A stretch of DNA of 64,000 nt from positions 334,146-398,145 of the forward strand of contig CAZFRF010000001.1 of the NCBI GenBank assembly GCA_964521295.1, read 5' to 3'. The notes beneath the pieces are model-generated. The model had not been told where the DNA came from and searched no databases. It saw nothing but the letters and a program-made list of their open reading frames with translations. A program made the translations under genes and the position numbers. The DNA comes from an uncultured Gammaproteobacteria bacterium. GTDB lineage: Bacteria > Patescibacteriota > Microgenomatia > Levybacterales > UBA12049. Below, in pieces: positions 8,232-17,876 of this stretch. Each line of letters begins with the position of its first letter. Within the stretch, counting starts at the first letter, position 1.

Positions 8232-9614
8232 TTAATTTATTCGAGAAGAGATATATTTTTTTAATTCTTCAATTTTAACTCTCTCCTGTGTAGCAGTATC
8301 TCTATCTCTAACGGTTACTGTATTGTCTTCCAGTGTTTGGAAATCTACCGTAATGCAAAATGGAGTTCCCGCCTCATCTTGAGCATAATATCTTTTACCA
8401 ATATTTCCCCTATCATCCCATAAAACCGGGAAATCTGATTTTAAATCAGTAAATATATCTCTTGCCTTGCCAACCAATTCCGCTTTATTTGCAAGAAGTG
8501 GGAAAACAGCAGCCTTATATGGCGCAAGCTTTGGTGAAAGTTTTAAGATAACTCTTTCTCCCTCCTCAGTATAACTATCAAGCAAAACCATTAAAAGTAA
8601 TCTATTAATACCAACAGCTGGCTCAATGACATGAGGCACTACCTTTACGTTTGTTTGCGAATCAACTATTGAGAGGTCTTTTTTAGAAGCCTCTCCATGC
8701 TTTGTCAAATCATAATCAGTTCTGTAAGCTAAGCCCCAAAGCTCTTTAAACCCAAAAGGAAAATTATATTCTAAATCTTCAGTTTTTTTACTATAAAATG
8801 ATCTTTCTTTATCATCGTGCTCTCTCCATCTTAAATTCTCTTTTTTAACTCCTAAAACATTAGTAGCAAAATCATAAATTGAATCCTTCCATGAGCTAAA
8901 TAGATCTTCCCATTTAGCCTTTTCTGGATCAAAAAAATACTCTATCTCTCCTTGTTCAAATTCTATAGTTCTAAAAATGGAATTACCAGGGGTTATTTCG
9001 TTTCTGAAACTCTTACCAATCTGCGCAATACCAAAGGGAAGTCTTACTCTACTGGAGTCAATAACATTTTTAAAATTAACAAATATACCTTGGGCTGTTT
9101 CTCCTCTTAAATATGCACTACCACCTTCTCCTTCGACAATTCCCAATTGAACTGGAAAAAGAAGGTTAAATTTCCTTACTTTTGTCCAATCTTTTTTGCC
9201 ACAATTTGGACAAGCAATTCCTTCTCTATCTATTACTTTTTCTAATTCTTCTAAACTAAGTCCTTCAACCTTTTCTTCTTTTCCTGTTTTAGCGAAATGA
9301 TTTTCAATTAAATGGTCAGCTCGCATCCTAGCCTTACAGTTTTTGCAATCAATCATTGCATCGGCAAAACCTGCAACGTGCCCTGAAGCCTCCCAGATCT
9401 TGTGGTGTGAAACTATTCCAGCATCAAGCCCAACTACATCTTCCCTGGCCTGAACAAAGTATTTCCACCACAGATTTTTAATATTTCTTAAAAGCTCAAC
9501 TCCCAAAGGACCATAATCATAGGTATTAGCCAGTCCTCCATAAATTTCTGAACCGGGGTAAATAAAACCACGTCTTTTAGAAAGCGCAACAACCTTATCC
9601 ATTAAGTTTTCCAT
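8232..9614 (-). CDS. glyQS: glycine--tRNA ligase (alpha2-type GlyRS)
   Basis: 460 aa. N-terminus RRGFIYPGSEIYGGLANTYDYGPLGVELL is the class II GlyRS signature. Has the zinc-knuckle-like CKNCKA..CPNCG insertion. Confidence 0.9.
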   Translation of the reverse strand: MENLMDKVVALSKRRGFIYPGSEIYGGLANTYDYGPLGVELLRNIKNLWWKYFVQAREDVVGLDAGIVSHHKIWEASGHVAGFADAMIDCKNCKARMRADHLIENHFAKTGKEEKVEGLSLEELEKVIDREGIACPNCGKKDWTKVRKFNLLFPVQLGIVEGEGGSAYLRGETAQGIFVNFKNVIDSSRVRLPFGIAQIGKSFRNEITPGNSIFRTIEFEQGEIEYFFDPEKAKWEDLFSSWKDSIYDFATNVLGVKKENLRWREHDDKERSFYSKKTEDLEYNFPFGFKELWGLAYRTDYDLTKHGEASKKDLSIVDSQTNVKVVPHVIEPAVGINRLLLMVLLDSYTEEGERVILKLSPKLAPYKAAVFPLLANKAELVGKARDIFTDLKSDFPVLWDDRGNIGKRYYAQDEAGTPFCITVDFQTLEDNTVTVRDRDTATQERVKIEELKKYISSRIN

Positions 9615-9630
9615 TAAGGCAATAATATCA
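9615..9630 (-). promoter_or_regulatory. putative extended -10 (TGATATTAT) 7 nt upstream of the glyQS ATG
   Basis: Reverse complement of 9621-9630 is TGATATTATT. Same geometry as the other leaderless-type elements in this window. Confidence 0.25.
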
Positions 9631-9644
9631 GAAATAAAATAGGT

Positions 9645-10193
9645 TTAAAAGCCAGAAGAGTTAAGAAGAATTTGTTTAGTTTTTAATTTTCTTTCCAATA
9701 AATTTTCGATGAATTCATGCGTACTAAGTTGCAAAGCCTGTCTTTGAGAATAAAAACCAAGTAAACTTAAAAGCTGTATTTCAAAATCTTTCACAATCTC
9801 AATTAAATTATTCTTTTCTTTACTGATTAATTTTAAAGTCTTATCTAATAAATCAAATATTTCATTATTTTGCTGATTCTCAGGACAAAGTCCATCTACT
9901 AGCTCACACACGTGATACGCAAAGCCAATTTTTTCTAAATCGTTTTTTAAGTCATAGAAGTTCTCTAAAGACTCAACCTCAGTTAAGGTTGGCATTGATT
10001 TACCCCTATATAAACTAAAAACACAATAATTTAAAAGTTCTATATGAGGAGATCTTTTACTAGTAATTCTTCTAACTCCCGTCGCTTTGATTTTTATTTT
10101 TCCTTCTGTTTTTGAATAAACTGTAATAAGTCTATCTGCTTCCCCAAAATTCTTCCGCTTAATAACAATTCCTTGTAGTTTGAATGATTTCAT
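9645..10193 (-). CDS. recO: DNA repair protein RecO (short form)
   Basis: N-terminal OB-fold signature QGIVIKRKNFGEADRLITVYSKTEGKI. Only 182 aa, so the C-terminal zinc-finger region appears to be absent. Confidence 0.55.
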   Translation of the reverse strand: MKSFKLQGIVIKRKNFGEADRLITVYSKTEGKIKIKATGVRRITSKRSPHIELLNYCVFSLYRGKSMPTLTEVESLENFYDLKNDLEKIGFAYHVCELVDGLCPENQQNNEIFDLLDKTLKLISKEKNNLIEIVKDFEIQLLSLLGFYSQRQALQLSTHEFIENLLERKLKTKQILLNSSGF

Positions 10194-12208
10194 TATCTGA
10201 GCTTTAAGTTAAGAGTCTTATCAGAAGCAAGTGGAAATATTTCTAGTTTCCTGCCAGAAGTATTGATTAAATAGTTACTTGAATTTGTTCCAGGTTGTTT
10301 TTGGATCATTAAAGGAAGAACTGAATTATTTGCTAACTTAAATGGCAAGGTATAAGTAAGTGTATATTTAGCTACGCCTTGAGGTCTAATTGTTAAAAAG
10401 CCCTCAAAGACAGTCTTACCAAGCTCATCATAGGTTTTTAATTTAACCTCTGAACCTTGACTACTAACTAACTTACTACCTTTTGGAACATATATCCTAA
10501 CCCAATCCCTTAAAATAGCATTTAGACACAAATTGCCTCTTTCAAGATTGCAATCAGATGGTGGATATGGATTCTTATAATTTACCGTAACAGTCTTTGT
10601 AACTAAGCCATCTGAGCCAACTGAATAGTCTTGGGTAACCTCTTGCGAAACAAACATATTAGATTTAGCTCCACCAAGATTAGCTTCATTAATGTGTAAA
10701 TAATCTCCATCAAATGGCATTATTCGACCTGCAGCGTTCAAACCTTCTAATCCTTCCTGGGCTTGAGCGTTATATGCATAGAAAAGAATATGTTTCTCAG
10801 AAATTTGAGTTAACATTGTTTGAAAAAGTGGACCCCAATATAACTTTGGAGAAGATGAGAAGGCTTTTTGCATAATTGCATACATTAACTCTCCGATAAT
10901 TCCTTTTCTATTATTCCTAACAACCTGACCTGGTCTATCTGCATATTCTTCTAATTCATAAATTACCTGAGGACAATCGCATCTCGGATCAGTTTTAGTA
11001 GTAAAATTAATCCCTCCAGCTTGCATATCTCCCAAAATATTCATAGCTGCAACTAAAGCTTGCGTATCAACCGCAAAGATTCCATCTACTTTGGTATACG
11101 CACTAGATTTCTTATACATCTTAGTAAACTCATCCATTGAGACTTTATAATCCGGAGAGATATTAACGTCTCTTAAGTTAAGCTTACTAACCTCAAGATA
11201 TTTTTGGAAAACTTCTGGAGCAGCGCTTTTTCCAGAGATTGTATCGTCGAGAGCATAAATATCTGAAGAATTATCAACCTTAATAACTCCTGAATTTAGT
11301 CTAAAGATAGAATAGGCTGTGATAAAACCACCAGTTGGTCTCAATTCTTTATCATTTTGGAAAATAATTAAATATCTTTTTTCATCAGGCTCTCCCAACA
11401 TTGTTGGCAAGACCTTAATTAATGGCTTTGCATTAGAAATTAATGTAACACTTTGGTCGGTCAAAGTTTTGAGATTTGTTAAGCCGCTTTGTACTTTCTT
11501 ACCAGCGCCAATTGCAGGATAATGCTTAGGATTAACTTGATCTATTTCTTCTCTAACTAAATCTAGCTTCGCAGAGATCTCATCAATTTTGGGAGTAATT
11601 TTACTCATTGTCTTAACTGCTGTTTCAATACGCTGCTGGGCAGTCCCACCAACAAAACTTCCTTGACCCTTAAGGCCTAGTAAATCTGCATAAGGCTTGA
11701 TTGAATCTACTAAAATTACTGCAGCGTCTAAACCATGAAAGCCTGCATTTATTAAATGATCTGCATCGCTATAGTATCCATGAGCAATTGGAATAAAATT
11801 TAAATAACCCATTGCATGTAAGCTTTTTTGGGTAACTAATAAGGCTGCTTTAGTTTTTGCAAGTTCTTCAGATGCTGCACCAATATTTTGCTGTTTTAAC
11901 ACTTGAGCCGTAATCTGAGCCTGGGCATAAGTAATTTTTACCGTGGAATACAAAGCTCTTGCCTGAATAACAACTAGACCTACAAATAAAATTAAAAATA
12001 CTACAAAAATACCTAGACCTACTTGAAATTTACGATTTTTTAATACTTTTTTAAATCTAGAATTAGCAAAGCGACCTGATCTTCTTGGAGAACTTTCGGT
12101 AGACTGGTTTAAACCTGAAGTCACGTTAGTAGAGCTTGTTTCCTTGGGAGTCTCAAATTGAATCTTAGACAATCCGTCCATAACAATTATCATATCGGAT
12201 ATTATCAA
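10193..12208 (-). CDS. DUF4012-like membrane-anchored protein (671 aa)
   Basis: N-terminal TM helix and a large extracytoplasmic domain. The motif FQNDKELRPTGGFITAYSI resembles the DUF4012 RPTGGFIGS core. Confidence 0.5.
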   Translation of the reverse strand: MIISDMIIVMDGLSKIQFETPKETSSTNVTSGLNQSTESSPRRSGRFANSRFKKVLKNRKFQVGLGIFVVFLILFVGLVVIQARALYSTVKITYAQAQITAQVLKQQNIGAASEELAKTKAALLVTQKSLHAMGYLNFIPIAHGYYSDADHLINAGFHGLDAAVILVDSIKPYADLLGLKGQGSFVGGTAQQRIETAVKTMSKITPKIDEISAKLDLVREEIDQVNPKHYPAIGAGKKVQSGLTNLKTLTDQSVTLISNAKPLIKVLPTMLGEPDEKRYLIIFQNDKELRPTGGFITAYSIFRLNSGVIKVDNSSDIYALDDTISGKSAAPEVFQKYLEVSKLNLRDVNISPDYKVSMDEFTKMYKKSSAYTKVDGIFAVDTQALVAAMNILGDMQAGGINFTTKTDPRCDCPQVIYELEEYADRPGQVVRNNRKGIIGELMYAIMQKAFSSSPKLYWGPLFQTMLTQISEKHILFYAYNAQAQEGLEGLNAAGRIMPFDGDYLHINEANLGGAKSNMFVSQEVTQDYSVGSDGLVTKTVTVNYKNPYPPSDCNLERGNLCLNAILRDWVRIYVPKGSKLVSSQGSEVKLKTYDELGKTVFEGFLTIRPQGVAKYTLTYTLPFKLANNSVLPLMIQKQPGTNSSNYLINTSGRKLEIFPLASDKTLNLKLR

Positions 12209-12222
12209 TCTATGTCAACCTA

Positions 12223-12864
12223 TTACTTAAGTTTAATATGAAGTCTTGCTTGATTAATATTTGTAGGATATTTTAGTTGAGTTTTAACTTGTACTTGATA
12301 ATCCTTAGCCCCCTGATCATAAACTAAAGCTTTAGAAGACGTATATCCAGATTGTCCACTAATTGACACCTCACTGTTCCAAACTGGATGCTTATCTGTT
12401 TTATTATATAGTCTTACCCAAACCATTTGATTTGCGGTTGGAACGCTTACTGAAACTTCAAAAAATATATCTTTAATATTTCCATAATTTGCAAAATCTA
12501 CATTTGCTTCTAAACCAGCGACATCTGCCCATTCATCAGCAATGCTTGATCCAGACCCAAAAGCAACAAAATACTCCTTAGCACTCAAATCCTTAACAAC
12601 AGGAGTTATTACTTGAGTCGGAGTAATTGTCTGAGTTAAACTAGGCTCTTGAGTTGGGGTTGGCAAAGAAACACCATTTTTACTACTAATCTGCTCAGGC
12701 CTAAAAATAAATTGATAAATAACTACAAAATTTAAAAAGGTAACTAATATTAAGAAAAGAATTATCCAGAAAAAACGCTTTGCTCTTTTTTCATCTTTCA
12801 AGATCTTTTCTTCATCGACTTGAATCTCTTCTCTTAAGTCTTGGAGTTGTTCATTGGTAACCAT
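12223..12864 (-). CDS. membrane-anchored protein with a Pro/Thr/Gln-rich linker (213 aa)
   Basis: TM helix, then PTPTQEPSLTQTITPTQVITP, then a beta-rich domain. Confidence 0.5.
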   Translation of the reverse strand: MVTNEQLQDLREEIQVDEEKILKDEKRAKRFFWIILFLILVTFLNFVVIYQFIFRPEQISSKNGVSLPTPTQEPSLTQTITPTQVITPVVKDLSAKEYFVAFGSGSSIADEWADVAGLEANVDFANYGNIKDIFFEVSVSVPTANQMVWVRLYNKTDKHPVWNSEVSISGQSGYTSSKALVYDQGAKDYQVQVKTQLKYPTNINQARLHIKLK

Positions 12865-12902
12865 TAAGCCTAGTCTAGCTAGAACAAGAATAAAAGTAAA
12901 GT

Positions 12903-13568
12903 TTACAAAGCGCCTTTACCGGAGATCATGGTCCAAGGGGTTTTTAAAATAATCCACAAGTCGTAAATTATTGATCTTTTTCTAACATAGGTTGCATCCA
13001 TTTCTATTCTTTTATCAAAATTAATCTCAGATCTGCCAGAAACTTGCCAATAACCAGTTAAGCCAGGTTTTATTGAAAGCACAATCCTAACTGCTTTTTG
13101 AGTTTTGGGATATTTTTTTTGCTGCTCTCTTAATTCATCTGGATAATATGCTCTTGGACCAACTAAACTCATGTCCCCTTTTAAGATATTAAAAAGTTGG
13201 GGAACCTCATCTATGGAGTGCTTTCTAATAAAGTGACCAACCCTGGTTATTCTTGGGTCATCTTTTAATTTATAACTACTCTTTTTATATTCATTATAAA
13301 GCTTGGCATATTCGGGATTATTTCTTAAAAGAGTATGAGCATTAATGATCATACTTCTAAACTTATACATTTTAAATAAATTTCCACCCTTACCCACTCT
13401 TTGTGGCGTATCTGCAAGAACTGGACCTCTACTATCAAGCTTGATTGCAATTGCAGTAATAAGAATTATAGGAGAAAAAATGATTAAAATTGTAAGAGCA
13501 AAAACGATATCCATTAGCCTTTTTACAATTTCATAAATTCCGCTTTTTTTAATCTCTGTAACTGGCAT
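12903..13568 (-). CDS. polyprenyl-phosphate hexose-1-phosphate transferase (WbaP/WcaJ C-terminal-domain family sugar transferase)
   Basis: 221 aa with one TM helix. Carries PVLADTPQRVGKGGNLFKMYKFRSM and DEVPQLFNILKGDMSLVGPRA, the bacterial sugar transferase signature. Confidence 0.85.
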   Translation of the reverse strand: MPVTEIKKSGIYEIVKRLMDIVFALTILIIFSPIILITAIAIKLDSRGPVLADTPQRVGKGGNLFKMYKFRSMIINAHTLLRNNPEYAKLYNEYKKSSYKLKDDPRITRVGHFIRKHSIDEVPQLFNILKGDMSLVGPRAYYPDELREQQKKYPKTQKAVRIVLSIKPGLTGYWQVSGRSEINFDKRIEMDATYVRKRSIIYDLWIILKTPWTMISGKGAL

Positions 13569-13571
13569 AAA

Positions 13572-14660
13572 TTAGGCTAAATGCTCTCTCTCCGTTCCTT
13601 CAAGTTCCTGAACGAACTTTTTAATTTTTGGGACAGAGTCTTTGGGGCAAATTAAAACAACATCTTTTGTATTAACAACAATCATTTCCTTCAAATCAAT
13701 TCCCACAACTAATTGATTAGTGAAATTAAAAGCTAAACTATCAATACTGTCTTCGAGCGCAACTTCTCCTTTAGTAACATTTTCAGTACTACTTTCTGAC
13801 AATGCTTCCTTTAGCGCTTCCCATGCTCCAATATCACTCCAGCCCAAATCTGCAGAAATTACTAAGCCTTGTTTTGGATCCATTTTTTCAAGCACAGCAT
13901 TATCAAAAGTAATTTTTTCAATTGTTGGATACACTTCTCTTAAAACACGATCGTAATCAGATGTACCATAAGCTTGTTGGATTGCCTCTAGTTTTCCATT
14001 TAACTCAGCTGGAGCAAAAGTTTGAAAAAGATTCCACAAAAACCTTGGAGTAGTTACGAAATATCCTAAATTCCAAGCATGATGACCATCTTCAACCCAT
14101 TTCTCGGCTGTTGATAAATGAGGTCTATATAAAAAGCTTTTAAAAGAAGAGACTGAAAGTTGTCCAATTTTTTCAACTTCTTCACCGAATTCAATATAAC
14201 CTAAATTTTGATTTGCAAATCTTGGCTTTTGACCAACAAAAACAATTCTCTCTCCATTTTGCTTAATAATTTGCTCTGCCCCTCTTAAAGCCTCCTGAAA
14301 AAGAGCTTCTTCTCTAACCAAATGATCACTTCCCCACAAAATTACAATTGGTTCATCTGGATTTGTTTTATGAAAAATTGAAGTAACTAAACCAACAGCA
14401 GGCCCCACATCTCTCATCTCTGGCTCAACTAGAACATTTTCAACAGGGAGTTCTGGAAGTTGAGTTCTTACTTGATCAACATATGTTTCACCTGTAGCGA
14501 TATAAATATCTTTCCACTCAAAAAGAGGAAAAAGCTTGCCAACTGCAATCTGAAGCATTGTTCTATCGCCAATAATTTTCTCAAACTGCTTTGGGGTATT
14601 TTTTCTAGAAAGGGGCCAAAGCCTTGACCCAACTCCTCCTGCAAAAATAACTACTTTCAT
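13572..14660 (-). CDS. mannose-1-phosphate guanylyltransferase (GDP-mannose pyrophosphorylase, no PMI domain)
   Basis: N-terminus MKVVIFAGGVGSRLWPLSR. Confidence 0.8.
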   Translation of the reverse strand: MKVVIFAGGVGSRLWPLSRKNTPKQFEKIIGDRTMLQIAVGKLFPLFEWKDIYIATGETYVDQVRTQLPELPVENVLVEPEMRDVGPAVGLVTSIFHKTNPDEPIVILWGSDHLVREEALFQEALRGAEQIIKQNGERIVFVGQKPRFANQNLGYIEFGEEVEKIGQLSVSSFKSFLYRPHLSTAEKWVEDGHHAWNLGYFVTTPRFLWNLFQTFAPAELNGKLEAIQQAYGTSDYDRVLREVYPTIEKITFDNAVLEKMDPKQGLVISADLGWSDIGAWEALKEALSESSTENVTKGEVALEDSIDSLAFNFTNQLVVGIDLKEMIVVNTKDVVLICPKDSVPKIKKFVQELEGTEREHLA

Positions 14661-15736
14661 AATTTAATATTATATTCCTTTATTTCTCTTAACAAAAGTT
14701 TTTTAAAATTAGTAAACGAAAACCTTAGGGCATTCTGTCTACATAATTTATAATTATATCTCCTAGCATTGAAATTTTCCAATACCGTTTTTAAGACTTT
14801 AACTTTTTGTTTAGTAAAAAATTCACCTGTTTTTCCCGGAATAACAATATCTAATGCACCGCCACCCTTAAAAGCTATAACTGGCTTACCAAAATATTGA
14901 GCTTCAGTCATTACAATTCCAAAATCTTCTAGTCCTGGGAAAATTAAGGCTTTTGAGTTCTTATAATAACCGTATAGCTCTCCGTCTGAAATATTTTTAA
15001 CAAATTTAACAGTTGGTCCAGCAATTTTTTTCAACTTTTTCTCCTGCCCTCCTGTACCTACAACAACTAAAGGTAAGTTAAGACTTGTACAGGCTCTAAC
15101 CGCTAAATCAACGCGTTTATAATAAACAAGTCTTGAAACGACTAAAAAATAATCTTTGTCCTTGGGTTTTTGAATCTTAACTTTTGATATGTCTAAAGGT
15201 GGGAAAATTAATCTTGCTTCTTTTTTATAGTATTTTTTAATTCTCCTATTAACTTCGGTTGAAATCCCAATGAGCTTATCGGGTTTTTTAGCCCAATATT
15301 TATCAATAATCCTTAAATACCAAACAATTGGCAAACTAATTTTTCTTAACAAATTATTTTTAAAGTATAATTTATAACCGCTCCACAAATATCTTGTTGG
15401 GGTAAGAATATAAGATATATGCCTTGCTGGCTTTTCAACTCTAATTACCTTCGCATATTCACTAGTTACAGAGATAACTAAATCATATTTAGAAAAATCT
15501 AAAAAATAAAACGCAAGTGGCATAAGCGGTGCAAGTAATTCATGAAAATTTGAGGCATAAGGAATATCTTGTAAAAACGAGGTTTTAACCCTAAATCCCT
15601 TAGCCCATTTAGCTTTTTTAGGATTATATACTGACGTAAACAAATGAGCCTTAGGAAATATTTTATGCAAAGAAATTAAAACTCTTTCCGCCCCACCCCA
15701 TTTATTTACTCTGTCGTAAACAAGTGCAACTTTCAT
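14657..15736 (-). CDS. glycosyltransferase family 4
   Basis: C-terminal EDFGIVMTEAQYFGKPVIAF (GT4 E-x7-E region). ATGA overlap with the upstream gene. Confidence 0.7.
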   Translation of the reverse strand: MKVALVYDRVNKWGGAERVLISLHKIFPKAHLFTSVYNPKKAKWAKGFRVKTSFLQDIPYASNFHELLAPLMPLAFYFLDFSKYDLVISVTSEYAKVIRVEKPARHISYILTPTRYLWSGYKLYFKNNLLRKISLPIVWYLRIIDKYWAKKPDKLIGISTEVNRRIKKYYKKEARLIFPPLDISKVKIQKPKDKDYFLVVSRLVYYKRVDLAVRACTSLNLPLVVVGTGGQEKKLKKIAGPTVKFVKNISDGELYGYYKNSKALIFPGLEDFGIVMTEAQYFGKPVIAFKGGGALDIVIPGKTGEFFTKQKVKVLKTVLENFNARRYNYKLCRQNALRFSFTNFKKLLLREIKEYNIKL

Positions 15737-15751
15737 ATTTTTTGGGCAGAA

Positions 15752-16855
15752 TTATTTCGAAGAAATATTATTGTAAATATTTAGTGTTTGAGTAGCCATT
15801 TTTTTCCAGGAATATTCTTTAGCTACTTCAATTTCTAATTCTTTAATTTTATCCAGACTTGCTTTATCAAGTTCTAAAAGCTGATTAATTTTACTTGTCA
15901 TATCATCTGGATTGTTTGGATCGAAATAAACTGCACTATCTTTACATATTTCTCTGTGAACTGCAATATCTGAAACTGCCAAAGGAACCCCTAGTCCCAT
16001 AGCCTCAACAGATGTCAGAGAAAATCCCTCCATTAATGATGGGACTACTACCATCTTCGCGTTTGCATACAAACTAAAAAGCTGATTATCATTCGGACTT
16101 TCAATAAAAATAATCCTATCTTTAATTTTCAGTTGATCAATCTCTTTTTCAATCCGGGTAAAAAAATAATCCTTTTTACCAATTAACATTAATTTTATTT
16201 GTTTATCTTTTAAATTTTTAAAACTAAACAATAAGTTTTCGATATTTTTATGAGGATAAAAATTACCAACACGCAAAAGATATTCTCCATATTTATTTTC
16301 CAAAACTTCAGGTTTTTTCTCAAAACCACCTTCATAAGTTATTTCAATTTTTTCAGTCTTAACTTTTTTATAAACATCTAAGATATCATTCTTAACCGCA
16401 TTAGAAGGAACAATAATTTTTGAAGCTTTACTTATCGCATTAGCAAGAACTACATTGTATGCCAATCTTTTTGACATATAAATTGGATATGGAAGAGTTG
16501 ACGCTTGACCTGTATTGAACTTATTGATAATTAAATCATGAACTGTAACCACAAACTTTCTTCTATATAGATATGGAACCGAAAAATAAGGAAAATGAAT
16601 TAAATCTAATTTAAATGAATTTAAAAAGAAAGCAAATTTTGTTTGCTCTGCAATCGAATGCCATTTAACATTTGTCTTAACGATTTTCCAATTTTCAGAT
16701 GAAAATAATGTGCTTAATTCTGCAAAATCTTCTTTTAATACAAATAATACATATTTATTTGTATTATCTAAATTATAAAGATTGTTTACTAAGTTCTGCG
16801 TGTATCTTCCAACTCCTGTTTGACGCCATAACCTACAATCAATTCCAATTAACAT
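15752..16855 (-). CDS. glycosyltransferase family 4
   Basis: EGFSLTSVEAMGLGVPLAVSD GT4 motif. Starts MLIGIDCR. Confidence 0.7.
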   Translation of the reverse strand: MLIGIDCRLWRQTGVGRYTQNLVNNLYNLDNTNKYVLFVLKEDFAELSTLFSSENWKIVKTNVKWHSIAEQTKFAFFLNSFKLDLIHFPYFSVPYLYRRKFVVTVHDLIINKFNTGQASTLPYPIYMSKRLAYNVVLANAISKASKIIVPSNAVKNDILDVYKKVKTEKIEITYEGGFEKKPEVLENKYGEYLLRVGNFYPHKNIENLLFSFKNLKDKQIKLMLIGKKDYFFTRIEKEIDQLKIKDRIIFIESPNDNQLFSLYANAKMVVVPSLMEGFSLTSVEAMGLGVPLAVSDIAVHREICKDSAVYFDPNNPDDMTSKINQLLELDKASLDKIKELEIEVAKEYSWKKMATQTLNIYNNISSK

Positions 16856-16870
16856 ATCTAAATTATAGCA
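16856..16870 (-). promoter_or_regulatory. putative extended -10 TGCTATAAT, 6 nt upstream of the GT4 ATG (leaderless-type)
   Basis: Reverse complement of 16862-16870 is TGCTATAAT. The ATG is at 16855. Part of a divergent intergenic region. Confidence 0.4.
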
Positions 16871-16900
16871 AAGATATTCACTTTTATATTTCTAAAAAAT

Positions 16901-16916
16901 TATATAGAATAATGTA
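16901..16916 (+). promoter_or_regulatory. putative -10 (TAGAAT) 6 nt upstream of the DUF1801 gene ATG
   Basis: TATATAGAAT at 16901-16910, followed by AATGTA, then the ATG at 16917. Confidence 0.3.
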
Positions 16917-17267
16917 ATGAAGAACTATAAAGATATTGACGAATATATAAATTCATTTCCCAAAGATATACAAAGCAAATTAACCGCTATTAGAATAGCA
17001 ATTCACAAAAGCGCACCAAATGCTACTGAAAAAATAAGTTATGGAATGCCAACTTTTTATCAAAATGGCAACCTTGTCCATTTTGCTGCATTTAAAAATC
17101 ATCTTAGTCTTTTCCCAGCACCTTCTGGCGTTAATATGTTTAGAGACAAACTTAAAAAATATCAAACTAGCAAAGGGACTATTCAATTTAAATATTCAGA
17201 TGAAATTCCTTATGATTTGATAGAGCAAATTGTAAAATTCAGAGTTACAGAAAACACTAAAAAATGA
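16917..17267 (+). CDS. DUF1801 (YdhG-like) domain protein
   Basis: DIDEYINSFPKDIQSKLTAIRIAIHKSAPNATEKISYGMPTF is typical of DUF1801. Confidence 0.6.
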   Translation: MKNYKDIDEYINSFPKDIQSKLTAIRIAIHKSAPNATEKISYGMPTFYQNGNLVHFAAFKNHLSLFPAPSGVNMFRDKLKKYQTSKGTIQFKYSDEIPYDLIEQIVKFRVTENTKK

Positions 17268-17278
17268 TAAACTAAATC

Positions 17279-17755
17279 ATGATTCAAAAGATTACTCCAT
17301 GCTTATGGTTTGACAACAACTGCGAAGAAGCTATAAGTTTTTATACCTCCATCTTTCCTAATTCTAAAATTATAAGTATGCAAAAATACCCTCAAAATGT
17401 TGATGATCCCCACATGAAAGGCATGGAAGACAAAATTATAACATCTATTTTTGAACTTGATGGGCAAAAATTTATGGCACTTGATGGAGGACCAATTTTT
17501 AAATTTAATGAAGCAATTTCTTTCGAAGTAGAATGTGAGAATCAAGAAGAAGTTGATTATTATTGGGAAAAACTATCAGCTGTACCTGAATCAGAGCAAT
17601 GTGGATGGCTAAAAGATAAGTACGGAGTCTCTTGGCAAATTGTTCCTAAACAACTTGGCGAACTTATTAGTAAGGATACAACAGGAAAAGTAATGCAAGC
17701 AATGTTAGAAATGAAAAAAATTGTAATTAAAGATCTAGAAAATGCTGCTAGCTAA
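17279..17755 (+). CDS. VOC-family protein (PhnB / 3-demethylubiquinone-9 3-methyltransferase-like domain)
   Basis: N-terminus KITPCLWFDNNCEEAISFYTSIFPNSKI is the characteristic start of this domain family. Confidence 0.65.
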   Translation: MIQKITPCLWFDNNCEEAISFYTSIFPNSKIISMQKYPQNVDDPHMKGMEDKIITSIFELDGQKFMALDGGPIFKFNEAISFEVECENQEEVDYYWEKLSAVPESEQCGWLKDKYGVSWQIVPKQLGELISKDTTGKVMQAMLEMKKIVIKDLENAAS

Positions 17756-17876
17756 CTTCTTCTTAAAAAAAGACTTATAAACGTTTTAATCATTTTTTAT
17801 TTTCTTCTCGTTGATAAAATAAATACGGATTTTCACCTTAAGCTTTCTTGTAAGGGAATCGCAGAATTATAACATA

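Noticed and set aside
17826-17860. Possible intrinsic terminator hairpin between the convergent genes (CCTTA-10nt-TAAGG)
   Set aside because: The stem is only 5 bp, with a 10-nt loop and no adjacent U-run on either strand. Too weak to call.
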